A stretch of DNA of 64,000 nucleotides from Bispira polyomma (GCA_965649765.1 OZ287756.1:29698001-29762000); one strand, 5' to 3'. Shown: positions 27,116 through 38,779, numbered from the stretch's first letter. The notes: generated by a model not told the origin, from the sequence alone. A program made the numbers and translations.

Positions 27116-27344
27116 AGACCCTTTAGCTACATTCTCAGAAAATTCATACATAATCAACACATTATGTATATAATATCACTAATCACCAAAAAATAATTTT
27201 TTCTGCTATTTGCACCTTCTAGCACCTTCAGCACCGGCTAGCACCGTCTAGCACCACTTGCACCTGCATGCACCACTTGCACCAGGTGCACACCGGTGCT
27301 AGTTTTTGTACCTTAAGGGCAAAAAATTCCTAAAAAACATATCA

Positions 27345-27414
27345 GCCTCTGATGAGACTTTTGAATATTAAATCAAGTCGAAATATATAACTGTATGAAA
27401 GATATATATCAGGC
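27345..27414 (+). ncRNA. Type I hammerhead ribozyme
   Basis: Stem I GCCT/AGGC; core CTGATGA (27349-27355); stem II GACTT/AAGTC; GAAA (27380-27383); stem III TATATA/TATATA; AUC cleavage triplet ending at 27410. Confidence 0.92.
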
Positions 27415-27463
27415 AATTTGACCAGTCATCAAATAACCACCATTACTCACACACAAGCTTACT

Positions 27464-28270
27464 TTGAACTTTTTTTCACTGGGTATTATGTCTACTAGTG
27501 TGAGTAATAATACACTTGTTACTGCCATGGATCAAATTGACTTACAGTCTTCCACCAGTACCAAAGCTCTAGCACCAGGGACACCAGTCCCTGTGTCATC
27601 ACTAAGTGATGAGACACTCAAGCTACTCAACAGTGCAGCTAACCAACTACAGAGTTCCCCTAGCAAACCTAAGGGACCTCAAGGCAAAAAGAGAAAACTT
27701 ATGTCATCACATCCACCGGTCACCTCTGACAACACCAGAGATAACTATCCAAGCTCCACCAAGAGTCACTACCTGAAGTCTAAGGGGCTGTACAAAAAGA
27801 AGCTCAGCCTTGCTTCTGGAATACACACCATCAAGAAGCTACTGCAGGAAGGGACATTCCCCCCTCCAGCCAGCATCAGGTGCCCACCTCCACAGAGCCA
27901 AAATGAAAGCTTTAAATTGAAGTGGTGGGCCATTGTGACCCAATGCAAAAAAGATCTGACTCTGACATATGTGGAAGAATTAAACTCCAAATGCTCAGCA
28001 ATCAAATCAGAAATCCAAAGCCAACTGGCTGAAATGGAATCTCTTCTCACACCTGAGCAGTTCCTTAAAATCAAGTCTTCTCTACAGGAGAGATACAAGA
28101 CTGCAGCTCCAACAGTTCTCAATAAGAGGCTCAACAACAAGCCTCCACCCAACAAGAACAAAAGGAGACCTGCACCACAGAAGAAAGGCCCACCCAGACC
28201 TTCAAACAACACCAATAAACAACTTAATATGTTGCTTAAAGGACTATCTGAATTAATCAAGAAAAATTAA
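27464..28270 (+). CDS. PLE ORF1: basic/helical protein resembling the N-terminal domain of PLE polyproteins (first ATG 27488)
   Basis: Intact 268-codon ORF; LLQEGTFPPP..P..FKLKWWAIVTQCKKDLTL resembles the PLE N-terminal motif as I recall it; K/R/P-rich tail. Confidence 0.75.
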   Translation: MNFFSLGIMSTSVSNNTLVTAMDQIDLQSSTSTKALAPGTPVPVSSLSDETLKLLNSAANQLQSSPSKPKGPQGKKRKLMSSHPPVTSDNTRDNYPSSTKSHYLKSKGLYKKKLSLASGIHTIKKLLQEGTFPPPASIRCPPPQSQNESFKLKWWAIVTQCKKDLTLTYVEELNSKCSAIKSEIQSQLAEMESLLTPEQFLKIKSSLQERYKTAAPTVLNKRLNNKPPPNKNKRRPAPQKKGPPRPSNNTNKQLNMLLKGLSELIKKN

Positions 28271-28372
28271 TCTTAGTCTTTATTTAGTTGTTTCTGTATA
28301 ATTATGTACTTTTAAATAAAAGTTGTTATATAAACAAATATGTGTTCACCATTTGGTAACTAAGGTCACCAG

Positions 28373-30844
28373 GTGCCTACCGGTCACCCTATTCATACCT
28401 CAATGAATAAATCATTGACTACCCTGTTCAAAATGCAGGACAAAAATTATATCACTAACTTGCTCAAAATCAAGCAGGAAGCACCAAATTCCCCACCAGG
28501 GATGCTTCCAAAAGGGAGTAGAAGGGACAACTACCTTGGTCATACTGTCATTAACTTGTCTGACCATGAACTCACTGATCACCAACTCAGTGCACTCCAA
28601 AAAGGGTTAACATTCTGCCCTATACCTAGTAAGGTCAATAAATCCCAAATCTGGTATGACTTCAAAGACTTCTACAGAAGGCTCTGTCTGAAATACCACT
28701 TCTACTCTGACAATCAAATGTTCACACACCTAAGTGACAATGATCTTGATCTGGTACAGTTCTTGGCATCGAATCTAGATGATAATGAGAACCCTTTTCA
28801 TGAAATACACAAAAATTTCAAAAACAAAAGCAAGTGGAAACCATCTAATGTCCACACCTCACTTGAAATGTTCTACAGAGCATTCAAGATGAACTTGCTT
28901 AAAAGCAAAATTAAGCAACCTAGAACTAAAAATCTCACAAGAGAACAATTCCAAGGCCTTAAAAACTTGACTGATAACCCCAACATTGTTATCAAAAAGG
29001 CTGATAAAGGCTCAGCTGTAGTGGTAATCAACACCAGTGATTACCTGAGAGAAGGCTATAGACAATTATCTAACACCGACTTCTACATCAGACAACCGTC
29101 AGACATTACTGATATGGTTAGCCAACAAATAACCACTAACTTAGAAAAACTCAAAAACTCTGGTTTCATCACTGACCAAAACTTTGACTACCTGACCCCA
29201 ATAAACTGTACTGAAGGTAGATTCTACCTATTACCCAAGATACACAAACAAGGTGTACCTGGCAGACCCATTTGCAGTTCTGTTAATCACCCAACTAACA
29301 GAATCTCCAAATTTGTAGATGAACATATTAAAAAATATGTCCCACTAACAAAATCTTACATTAGAGACACCCAAGATTTTATACAAAAAATAAAGAATCT
29401 TGGAAAAATTCCCTCTGGGGCGTTTTTAGTCACACTGGATGTATCATCTTTGTACACCAATATTCCTAACAATGAGGGAATACTGGCTGTAGCAGACCAA
29501 CTTAGAAAGGATCCCACCATGAATCAAGTTTCTAAGTTTATACTGGACCTCTTAAAAATAGTACTACATAGTATGAATTTTGAATTCAATGGGGAGCATT
29601 TTCTCCAAATTGGAGGCACAGCCATGGGCACAGCACTGGCCCCTAATTATGCCAACATTTTTATGGACAGATTTGAGACCAATGCACTTAAAGGCTTCCA
29701 TCTAAAACCACTAGTATGGAAAAGATTCATTGATGATATTTTCATGATATGGACACATGGAGAAGAGTCACTCAAACAATTTTTTGAGTATTTAAACTCC
29801 ATCCACCCAACCATCAAATTTACACATGAATACAGTCAATCCTCCATCAATTTTCTTGATACAACAGTGAAGTTCAACTCAAATAGGGAACTCATCACTA
29901 CATTGTACAACAAACCCACAGACACCCATCTGTATCTGCACCATACCTCAGCACATCCAAAAAGTACTCTAACTAAGGGTCCTTATGGGCAGTTCTTAAG
30001 AATAAGAAGAATATGCTCATTAGACACAGATTTTGAACATCACTCAAAAAATCTGACTAATTACTACCTTAAAAGAGGGTACTCTAAAAAGAACTTATCT
30101 CAACACTATAAAAGAGCATCAATGTTCACCCAAGATGAACTTCTGATTAAAACAAAAAAACCTACTACAGACAAGCCTGTAATGGTCAAACAGTACAACC
30201 CATTTAATCCTAACATTAAAAGGTTTATTGCTCAGAACTGGAATATTATCCAGAACACTGAAATTCTGAATAAAATATTTGAAAACAAACCAATATTTGG
30301 GTTCAAGAGACTAACTAATCTCAGAGACCAACTCACTAGTTCTACCATTCGCTATCCACCTATCACCACACAGGCCCAGTCTACATTCATACCCACCACA
30401 GTATGTACTAGACTTGGAAAATGTACCTACTGCCCACTAATTAATAAAGTGGACAATATCACTAGTCACCACACTAAACAGCAATTTAGATGTGTTTCTC
30501 TTCCAACAAAACCTAGACTAACTTGTGAAATCAAGAATGTCATTTATGTAATCACATGTAAGAAATGTGGATTACAATACATAGGGGAGACAAAACGCCC
30601 CCTTAGAAATAGAATGTATGAGCACAAGGCTAGTGTAACTAAGCCTAGCCAGAATAAGGTCACACCAGTCTCTAGACACTACAGTGCTGAAAACCACTCT
30701 GTAAAGGATATGGAGTTTTCTGTACTACAATGGCTGGGACAAAAGGAAGACCTAGATAATACAGACAGGCGAAAAAGCCAAGAAATGTACTTTATCTGGG
30801 CCTTCCCCACCATTGCACCTACTGGCATTAACCTATATGTGTAG
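28373..30844 (+). CDS. PLE reverse transcriptase + GIY-YIG endonuclease
   Basis: IKKADKGSAVVV, FYLLPKIHK..GRPI, LDVSSLYTNI, GTAMG, RFIDDIF, YNKPTD; Cys linker CTRLGKCTYC; NVIYVITCKKCGLQYIGET..RMYEH. Confidence 0.97.
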   Translation: MPTGHPIHTSMNKSLTTLFKMQDKNYITNLLKIKQEAPNSPPGMLPKGSRRDNYLGHTVINLSDHELTDHQLSALQKGLTFCPIPSKVNKSQIWYDFKDFYRRLCLKYHFYSDNQMFTHLSDNDLDLVQFLASNLDDNENPFHEIHKNFKNKSKWKPSNVHTSLEMFYRAFKMNLLKSKIKQPRTKNLTREQFQGLKNLTDNPNIVIKKADKGSAVVVINTSDYLREGYRQLSNTDFYIRQPSDITDMVSQQITTNLEKLKNSGFITDQNFDYLTPINCTEGRFYLLPKIHKQGVPGRPICSSVNHPTNRISKFVDEHIKKYVPLTKSYIRDTQDFIQKIKNLGKIPSGAFLVTLDVSSLYTNIPNNEGILAVADQLRKDPTMNQVSKFILDLLKIVLHSMNFEFNGEHFLQIGGTAMGTALAPNYANIFMDRFETNALKGFHLKPLVWKRFIDDIFMIWTHGEESLKQFFEYLNSIHPTIKFTHEYSQSSINFLDTTVKFNSNRELITTLYNKPTDTHLYLHHTSAHPKSTLTKGPYGQFLRIRRICSLDTDFEHHSKNLTNYYLKRGYSKKNLSQHYKRASMFTQDELLIKTKKPTTDKPVMVKQYNPFNPNIKRFIAQNWNIIQNTEILNKIFENKPIFGFKRLTNLRDQLTSSTIRYPPITTQAQSTFIPTTVCTRLGKCTYCPLINKVDNITSHHTKQQFRCVSLPTKPRLTCEIKNVIYVITCKKCGLQYIGETKRPLRNRMYEHKASVTKPSQNKVTPVSRHYSAENHSVKDMEFSVLQWLGQKEDLDNTDRRKSQEMYFIWAFPTIAPTGINLYV

Positions 30845-30997
30845 TGTATAGCCTTCTTCTGTATCAGTTAATACCCCTAATACCAACCCTTTATTCTTAT
30901 TTTCACCACTATCATTTGCTTGGACTTTAGAATAAAATGGTGTAACAGATGTATATTTATTATATTCTCACATTCCTTAAACTTGTACAAGTGTGTG

Positions 30998-32112
30998 TCA
31001 ATAGAAGAAGTGCTCAGCAACTGTTTCTTCCAGATATTTAAAAAAATTGTTTTTATTTGAACATTTTTTTCGCCTTCTTTGTATTCAGAACTGGCATTTG
31101 TCAGACATTTTTCAGTAGAATTTATTCTGTAAAAGTTCATGGTGACTATACAGTTAAATATATCAGCAAATTGTCCTTGCAAGAGAAATGATAACATAGT
31201 TCCATGAAGCATGTGAATGTCATGCTTTTCTGCATCCAGGCATCTTAGCTGTGGCTTCACCATATCATTACATTTGGCGATTGACTGCCTCATATTCCAT
31301 GAGCAAGGTAACAGGTGATGCTGTTCAGATTATTTCTCAATATACAGAAAAGAAGATCCAGGTCGTCTGTAAGTTTCAGCGACCTGCGAGATAATTTGCT
31401 ACAATTCACAATTTGTGCAAAGAAAGACGCTTCCCTCAATTTCTCAAAGTCCGTCAACATTAGGCCAGCATTAATGCCTAAATTGTCATGAATGGGGGTG
31501 TCACAGTTGTTCAGATACCTTGCTTCTAGACAATGCTTGTTGAGGTTTAAATTGCTTAAACATATTCCATAATTTTGCAATGTCATAGAGCATTTTGAAA
31601 TCTGCATCTATGTAGATCACTCAAGGGGTATATGTGGAAACCAGCTTAGAATTAAATAATGATCCATATGTACTGAGCTTCCTTTGTAGTCTGCCATTTT
31701 CCAAAGGTAATAATTCATTCCAACTATTGGCTTCAATGTCAATTCAAAACACCTTTACCCTGTGTTGAACATGTTTTGGCCATGCTATCATGTATTGACG
31801 CAGTGTTTTCACTGTATTGTCATCAGTGACTATGTAAGAGTTTTTTTTTTTGTTGAAAATATCACTGATTTAATTAAGGCCATAAAACTTTCTCCCTTGC
31901 CTTATGGTGGTAATGTGGATGGTTTCATCATGATAAACTGTTCCAGGTTGTGTTGAATATTCTTTGTTACCAGCGTATGTCTGGTTTTCGATATTACTAT
32001 TCCTCGTCACAAAACTACTAAAATCTGTTTTATAATAAAATATACAACAGCACAGGCTAACTATTGGCAGTAATAATAAAACACATTTCCTACTAAGGGT
32101 TTGTGTTGCCAT
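30998..32112 (-). pseudogene. GT8 glycosyltransferase pseudogene (copy A)
   Basis: Close copy of 33919..35058 (roughly 90% by eye) broken by several indels; pieces appear in ORFs 31870..32160, 31290..31607 and 30877..31293. Confidence 0.9.
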
Positions 32113-32799
32113 TTTTATGGATTTGATATCCACTTTTCTACGAATAACCACTTGTTTCAATATATTTAAAATTGTACATTCACTCTACAATGGATCATGT
32201 TTAAATTGTCATATGTTCTATGATGAGAATGTGCTCTCCCAGGTAGAGTAACTGTTTATAATAGTATATTATTAAATTAATTGCAGTTAAAACTTTACTT
32301 TACATTTTTTACACTTATAATTGAACACAGACTGACGACTATTGACTTCCAAAACAAACTACTGGAAATGTTTTTTAAAAACCTGTGTGCAAAATCATTG
32401 AATATTATAAATTTATTTATTTAAGAATAATTTAATCTACAAATTGATAATGTTTACATCATAAGCTTTATTTAGATTACAGTAACTTTGATATTGTTAC
32501 TAAATAAAAAACAAAAAAACAACATAATAGATCATATACGTCATTTCATTTAACTTTTCAGCCCAAAAATTTTGAGAAAGTTAGTTCAAAGTACAGACAG
32601 TGACAACTGAGTGAAAACCCCTTTTTGTGCGGAACTCAATATCAATACTTGGGTACGATTTAAATTTCAAGCATCTCACAAGAGCTTAGTGTCCATGATG
32701 CCAGCTGAACCCTGCTGGGGGGATGCAGCTTGCCACATCCTTCCTTCCCAATATGGTATTTCTGCGTATTGCTTTTTTATAGTCTAAATATTTTTATTT

Positions 32800-33810
32800 A
32801 CCGGACGGACAGTATCTTCTTTAAAGTTTAATTTAGCTACCAAATTCTCCATATTGCAGTGACCCCAGTGAACCTCACATATATATGAGTATCAGAAGAA
32901 AGTGTAAATCTAATATAATTTAATCGCTTATGGTCAGTTACTTTGGAATAATTGCTGGGGATCTACATATTTGCGGACTTTAAAGATATATAGTTTAATA
33001 ACAATATATATAATATATGTCACATTGTTATAAGGCACACTTTTGAAACACACAATAGATTCAGAGAACATGCAATTCAGAGAGAACTTCCACTTTGCCT
33101 TTAACTTTTTGTTATCAAAACTGTATATTAATGTTTAACAAAAGTGTTCCTTTTTCCTAATTTTCAAGATCTAGTAGTTTGTGGGATGAAATGGTCTATC
33201 ACACGGTTTATTTAGGTCTTGGCCAATGAAATTCCTCAACTATTCATACCATTTGTGGCAGTATAGCTCAGTTTTAGGTATGGGTGGACGAGACCTTTCG
33301 ATTTTGGGCTACTGTCCCCACCTAAATTATGTAAATACTTTTAAATAATTTATATTTGAAATATCTTTTAAACGTATACATAACCAATGTTAATAGTGTC
33401 ACTTTAAAAATCTGGCCATTTCAATCACAATTGTTTACTTTTGTATTATTATACTCAGAGCCCTGGAAAGCTAAAAATATATATAATGGTTGAGACATTT
33501 GTTCACTTCAATAATCATTTTTGGTGTTTGCACTATCTAATACATTTTTTTGTGATTTTATATAGTAGGTACATGTTGTTTCCATAATGAATTTCTATTG
33601 TTTAATAACTTTCTAATCCAACACACTTTTATACCTTTTACACCTACCATAGTTCTGTATCATCTTTGATCTGCTTATTTTATCTGATTTTTAATCTCAG
33701 ATAATTTGGTAAAATATTTAATTTATTGCTTAGATTGTCACAGTGTTTGGTCTTGGGACAGTTGAGAATAGATCATTAAATTTTGATGAAAGCAACATGG
33801 TTTTAATTAT
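32800..33810 (-). mobile_element. Old Tx1/L1 fragment within duplication unit A
   Basis: Paralog of 35850-36976; the minus strand reads IIKTMLL.SKFN.LFSTVP. Confidence 0.55.
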
Positions 33811-33918
33811 TGTTTTATTTTGTGCACCACTATCATTTGTCTGGACTTTAGAATAAAATGGTGTAATGGATGTATATTTATTATATTCTCACATCCCTTC
33901 AACTTGTACTAGTGTGTG

Positions 33919-35058
33919 TCAATAGAAGAAGTGCTTAGCAACTGTTTCTTCTAGATATTTTAAAAAATTGTTTTTATTTGAACATTTTTTTTGGCCTTCT
34001 TTGTATTTAGAAATGGCATTTGTCAGACATTTTTCAGTAGCATTCATTCTGTAAAAGTCAATAGTGACTATACAGTTAAATATATCAGCAAATTGTCCTT
34101 GCAAGAGAAACGATAACATAGTTCCATGAAGCATGTGAATGCCATGCTTCTCTGCATCCAGGCATCTCAGCTGTGGCTTCACCATATCATTACATTTAGC
34201 CATTGACTGCCTCATATTCCATGAGCAAGGTAGCAGGTGGTGCTGTTCAGGATATTTTTCAATATACAGAACAAGAAGATCCTGGTCGTCTGTAAGTTTC
34301 AGTGATCTGCGAGATAATTTGCTACAATTCACAATTCGTGCAAAGAAAGATGCTTCTCTCAATTTCCCCAAGTCCATCAACATTAGGCCAGCATTAATGC
34401 CTAAATTGTCATAAATGGGGGCATCATGGTTGCCCAGATACCTTGCTCCTACTGTTGTAGACAATGCTTGCTGAGGTTTAAATTGCTTAAACATATCCCA
34501 TAATTTTGCAATGTCATCAAGCATTACAAAATCTGCATCTATGTAGATCACTTTAGATGTATATGTGGAAACCAGCTTAGAATTAAATAATGATCCATAT
34601 GTACTGAGTTTCCTTTGTAATGTGCCATTTTTTAAAGGTAATGATTCATTCCAACTATTGGCTTCAATGTCAATTCGAAACACCTTTACCCTGTGTTGAA
34701 CATGTTTTGGCCATGCTGTCATGTACTGTCGCAGTGTTTTCACTGTATTGTCATCAGTGACTATGTAAAAGTGGAGTTGTTTCTTTGTTGAAAATATCAC
34801 TGATTTAATTAAGGCAACTCCAAAGCCATAAAACTTTTCCCCTTGCATAATGGTGGCAATGTGGACTGTTTCATCATGAAAAACTGTTCTAGGTTGTGTT
34901 GAATATTCTTTCTTACCAGTGTATGTCTGGTTTTCGATATTACTATTCATTGTCGCAAGACTACTAAAATCTGTTTTATAATAAAATATACAACAGCACA
35001 GGCTAACTATTGGCAGTAATAATAAAACACATTTCTTACTGAGGGTTTGTGTTGCCAT
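33919..35058 (-). CDS. GT8-family glycosyltransferase (GXYLT/XXYLT/LARGE-like), type II membrane protein, intronless CDS (copy B)
   Basis: N-terminal TM anchor; HFYIVTD, VIYIDAD (DxD), GINAGLMLMDL, DQDLL, LPCSWN, LHG motifs; 379 aa intact. Confidence 0.92.
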   Translation of the reverse strand: MATQTLSKKCVLLLLPIVSLCCCIFYYKTDFSSLATMNSNIENQTYTGKKEYSTQPRTVFHDETVHIATIMQGEKFYGFGVALIKSVIFSTKKQLHFYIVTDDNTVKTLRQYMTAWPKHVQHRVKVFRIDIEANSWNESLPLKNGTLQRKLSTYGSLFNSKLVSTYTSKVIYIDADFVMLDDIAKLWDMFKQFKPQQALSTTVGARYLGNHDAPIYDNLGINAGLMLMDLGKLREASFFARIVNCSKLSRRSLKLTDDQDLLVLYIEKYPEQHHLLPCSWNMRQSMAKCNDMVKPQLRCLDAEKHGIHMLHGTMLSFLLQGQFADIFNCIVTIDFYRMNATEKCLTNAISKYKEGQKKCSNKNNFLKYLEETVAKHFFY

Positions 35059-35849
35059 TTTTTATTGTTTTGATATCCACTTTTCTACGAATAACCACTT
35101 CTTCCAATATATTTAAAATTGTACATTCACTCTACAATGAGTAACTGTTTATTATAGTATATTATTAAATTATTGGCAGTTAAAACCTTAGTTGACTTTC
35201 ACAACAGATTACTGAAAATGATTTTTAAAAGCCTGTGTGCAAAATCATTGATTATTATCAATTCATTTACCGGTATCTAATAAAGCTTTTATTTACTAGT
35301 CAATAAAAGGGAGGCATCTGCAATGATTTTGCATAGAGTGTGTGACATTTACACAAATAGACATATTTTTGCTTGCTACACAATTCACAAATCACAGTTT
35401 TACAATAAAAATGGACAAACAAAAACAACATACAGTTATGCAAAATAAGAAGAACAATCTAACCTACTAATTGATTATGTTTACATCATAAGTTTCATTT
35501 AGATTACAGTAGCTTTGCTCTTGTTACTGAACAAAAAACAAACAAACAACCTAATATATCAAAAAGGTCATTTCATTTTTAACTATTCAGCCCAAAAAAT
35601 TGGAAATAGTTAGATAAGAGTACAGACAGTGACGACTGAGTAAAAACCCTTTTTTGTGCGGAACTCATTATCAATACCTGGGTACGATTTTAAGTGCAAC
35701 CAGAGCTTAGCGTCCATGATGCCAGCTGAACCCTGCTGGGGGGATGCAGCTTGCCACATCCTTCTTTCCCAATATGGTATTTCTGCGTATTGCTTTTTTA
35801 TAGTCTAAATATTTTTATTTACCGGCCAGACAGTATCTTCTTTAAAGTT

Positions 35850-37330
35850 TAATTTAGCTACCAAATTCTCCATATTACAGTGACCCCAGTGAAACCTCAC
35901 ATATAAATGAGTATCAGAAGAGAGTGTAAATCTAATATAATTTAATCGCTTACGGTCAGTTACTTTGGAATAATTGCTGGGGATTTACATATTTGCGGAC
36001 TTTAAAGATATATAGTTTAATAACAATATATATAATATATGTCACATTGTTATAAGGCACAACTAAACATGCAATTCAGAGAGAACCTCCACTTTGCTTT
36101 TAACTTTTTGTTATCAAAACCGTATATCAATGTTTAATAAAAGTATTCCTTTTTCTTAATTTTCAAGATCTATTAGTTTGTGGGATAAACAGGTCCATCA
36201 CATGTTTTATTTAGATCTGGATCCATGAATTTCCTTAACCCTGCTATAACCCTTAGGTAATCTAAACAATTTAAAGATACAGTATAGTGTTGGCTTAAGT
36301 TGGTCAGGGACATTAATTGTCCATCCTTATTATGCAAATTAGCAGTTAGAATTATTCCACTTTCATACCATTTGTGGCAGTACAGCTCAGTTTTGGATAT
36401 GGATGGGTGATACCTTTCGACTTTGGGCTAGTGTCCCGTACCTAAATTATGTAAATACTATTAAATTTTTTATATTACTCATTAGTGTTCACTGATGTAT
36501 ATATTTTGTGTATATTTGAAATATATTTTAAACGTATAATCAGTGTTAATATTGTCACCTCAATGAACTGACCATTTCAATCCATCACAGTTGTTTACTT
36601 TTGTATTAATATACTCAGAGCCCTACCAAGCTATAAATATATCTAATGGTTGAGCCATTTTTTCACTTCTCCAATAATCATTTTTGGTGTTTGCACCATC
36701 TAATATATTTTCTGGTGATTTTATATAGTAGGTACATAGATGTTTCCATAATGAATTTCTATTGTTTAATAACTTTATAATCCCACACACTTTTATACTT
36801 TTTATACCTACTATAGTTCTGTATCAGGTTTGATCTACTTATTTGATCTTCTTTTTAATCTCAGATATATTGGTAAAAGATTTTATTTATTGCCTACATT
36901 GTCACAGTATTTGGTCTCGGGACAGTTGAGAATAGATAATTAAATTTTGATGAGAGCAACATGGTTTTAATTATTGCCCTTTATTCCAGTGGTGTTAAAA
37001 AGCTTTTACGCCAAATGATCAGCAATTTGTCGATATTTGTGAGTAAATGTTTGTGAATTATATTTGGCATTTGTTTCAAATCCACAGTGAAAGTAACTCC
37101 CAAAAATTTTAATGTGGTGAGACCCCACATGAGTGATCCATCTGTACATAACTTATCCCTGTAAGGTTTCTTCTCCTTATCCATACTTATAAATAAATTG
37201 GAGTATCATCAGCAAACTAAATTCTTTTTATTGTGTATATGTACTCCTGAAATATCATTGTTCTATTTAATTTTGTTACAAAGGAACTGAGATCAGATAA
37301 TAAATAAGGTGCACTATATTTCCTTTGTCT
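35850..37330 (-). mobile_element. Old Tx1/L1 fragment
   Basis: FADDT, LKFLGVTFTVDL..LLIIWRKSFLTPL, IIKTMLLSSKFNYLF on the minus strand. Confidence 0.7.
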
Positions 37331-38779
37331 ACATGTTTTATTAATCTTAGCTTCATATTAATGTTTAGATAAGGCCTCGTGTCTTATAATTTATATATAT
37401 GCTTCTTTCTAACGTAAAATAATAATGCCCTTAAGTATCAGTCAAATAAAGAGATACTGCCATTAAAGACTATTAAAATGAATTGGAAAAAAATTGCATT
37501 CTAAAGTAAGAAAGCCTGCTAGTAAGGGTTTGGTAATAAAAGCATGCAAACCGTTCATCGCTAAACCACATTATTCAATAAATTATGTTAAAACATAATG
37601 TGTACCATTGCAAGTTTATGTTGCAGAAATACCTTGGGCACATATGCAACATTTGGGTATGGCATTAAAGCTGGTAACATATGGTCTTCACAAAGTCTAC
37701 TGATTTTGCATTTGGAGTCTTCTTGGATTGGCCTGTAACTCAGGTAGCATTTTTACTCTCATTCTTGGAATTTCTTGACATTAATGGTACTCACTTCTGC
37801 CAAACAAATAGGTAATTATCTGGCTGCCATTAAGGATAAAGCTACTATTGGTGGTGCAGATGTAACAGCTTTTGCTGACACCCAGCTGAAAAAACTATTG
37901 GTGGGCCATCACCCGTACCAGGCCCTGCCAGGCTAAGATCAAGAGAGTTTTTTTTTATTACAATGTTGTCAAAGTCAATAAAACCAATTTCATTATATCT
38001 ACTTGTTCCAGGTGTTTAAAGCTGACAACTTGTTGGCTTTCTTTTAATTTTTGAGTCTCTCTTACTAAGTACCTCATGCCATTACACAATTGTCACCTCT
38101 CAAACACTTGGCATGTAAAGATATTGTTTAAGTTGCTGTTATAATTGTTTAATGGACAAAAATTGTTAAACTGATTAATTTTATGTGAACATGATTTTCA
38201 TCACTTACATATATTCACTGAATTTGGTTCAGTAAATATTTGTAAGAACTACCTAATAATATCAGGGAATACATGTATTCCCTAGAAAGTTTAGGAAATA
38301 TGCACATTTCCTCATCAAAACAGGAAATACGCATATTCACTGAAATGTTCACATATTTACTGTAATGTATAAACACTTATAAGGTTACCCAGTTCAAAAG
38401 TTAAGCCTAATGTATCCAACTTCATTATTTAAAGGTAAGATGTTAGCAAAAATTAATTTAAAGAGGTTGTAATTTCAGTAAAACTGGTATATCACCCTAT
38501 GGTAAGATTATTACTATAGTTTTTGTATAGTGCCATATTTACATATCATACTCAAATGGGATTATGCTTTAAAATACACAATATTTTTAGTCTGTGTCCT
38601 CATCACTAGGCAATTGTGCGTTTAGATATTGCTTAAGGTCCCACCAGTAAAGCATAATTAAATAATTTTTGTGGTAAATCAGTTATCCCAATTTAATAAT
38701 ATTCTTTATACAATGTTGTGTTTTATAACGTGAGGTATGTAGTAGTGTGATGGCAGGGTGTAATATACAGTTCTCAGTT

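Larger units (their letters stand above)
26400..30903 (+). mobile_element. Penelope-like element (Neptune/Poseidon-type, C-terminal GIY-YIG), about 4.5 kb with TSD
   Basis: Flanked by CACCACTATCATTTG(TC/CT)TG at 26381-26399 and 30904-30922; single-copy empty site at 33825-33843; contains a hammerhead ribozyme and two intact ORFs. Confidence 0.9.

Noticed and set aside
27211-27300. CRISPR-like repeat array
   Set aside because: Units are 9-10 nt with no spacers, the context is eukaryotic and there are no cas genes.
27769-28260. 163-aa antisense ORF inside PLE ORF1
   Set aside because: Shadow ORF caused by codon bias of the sense ORF; no motifs.
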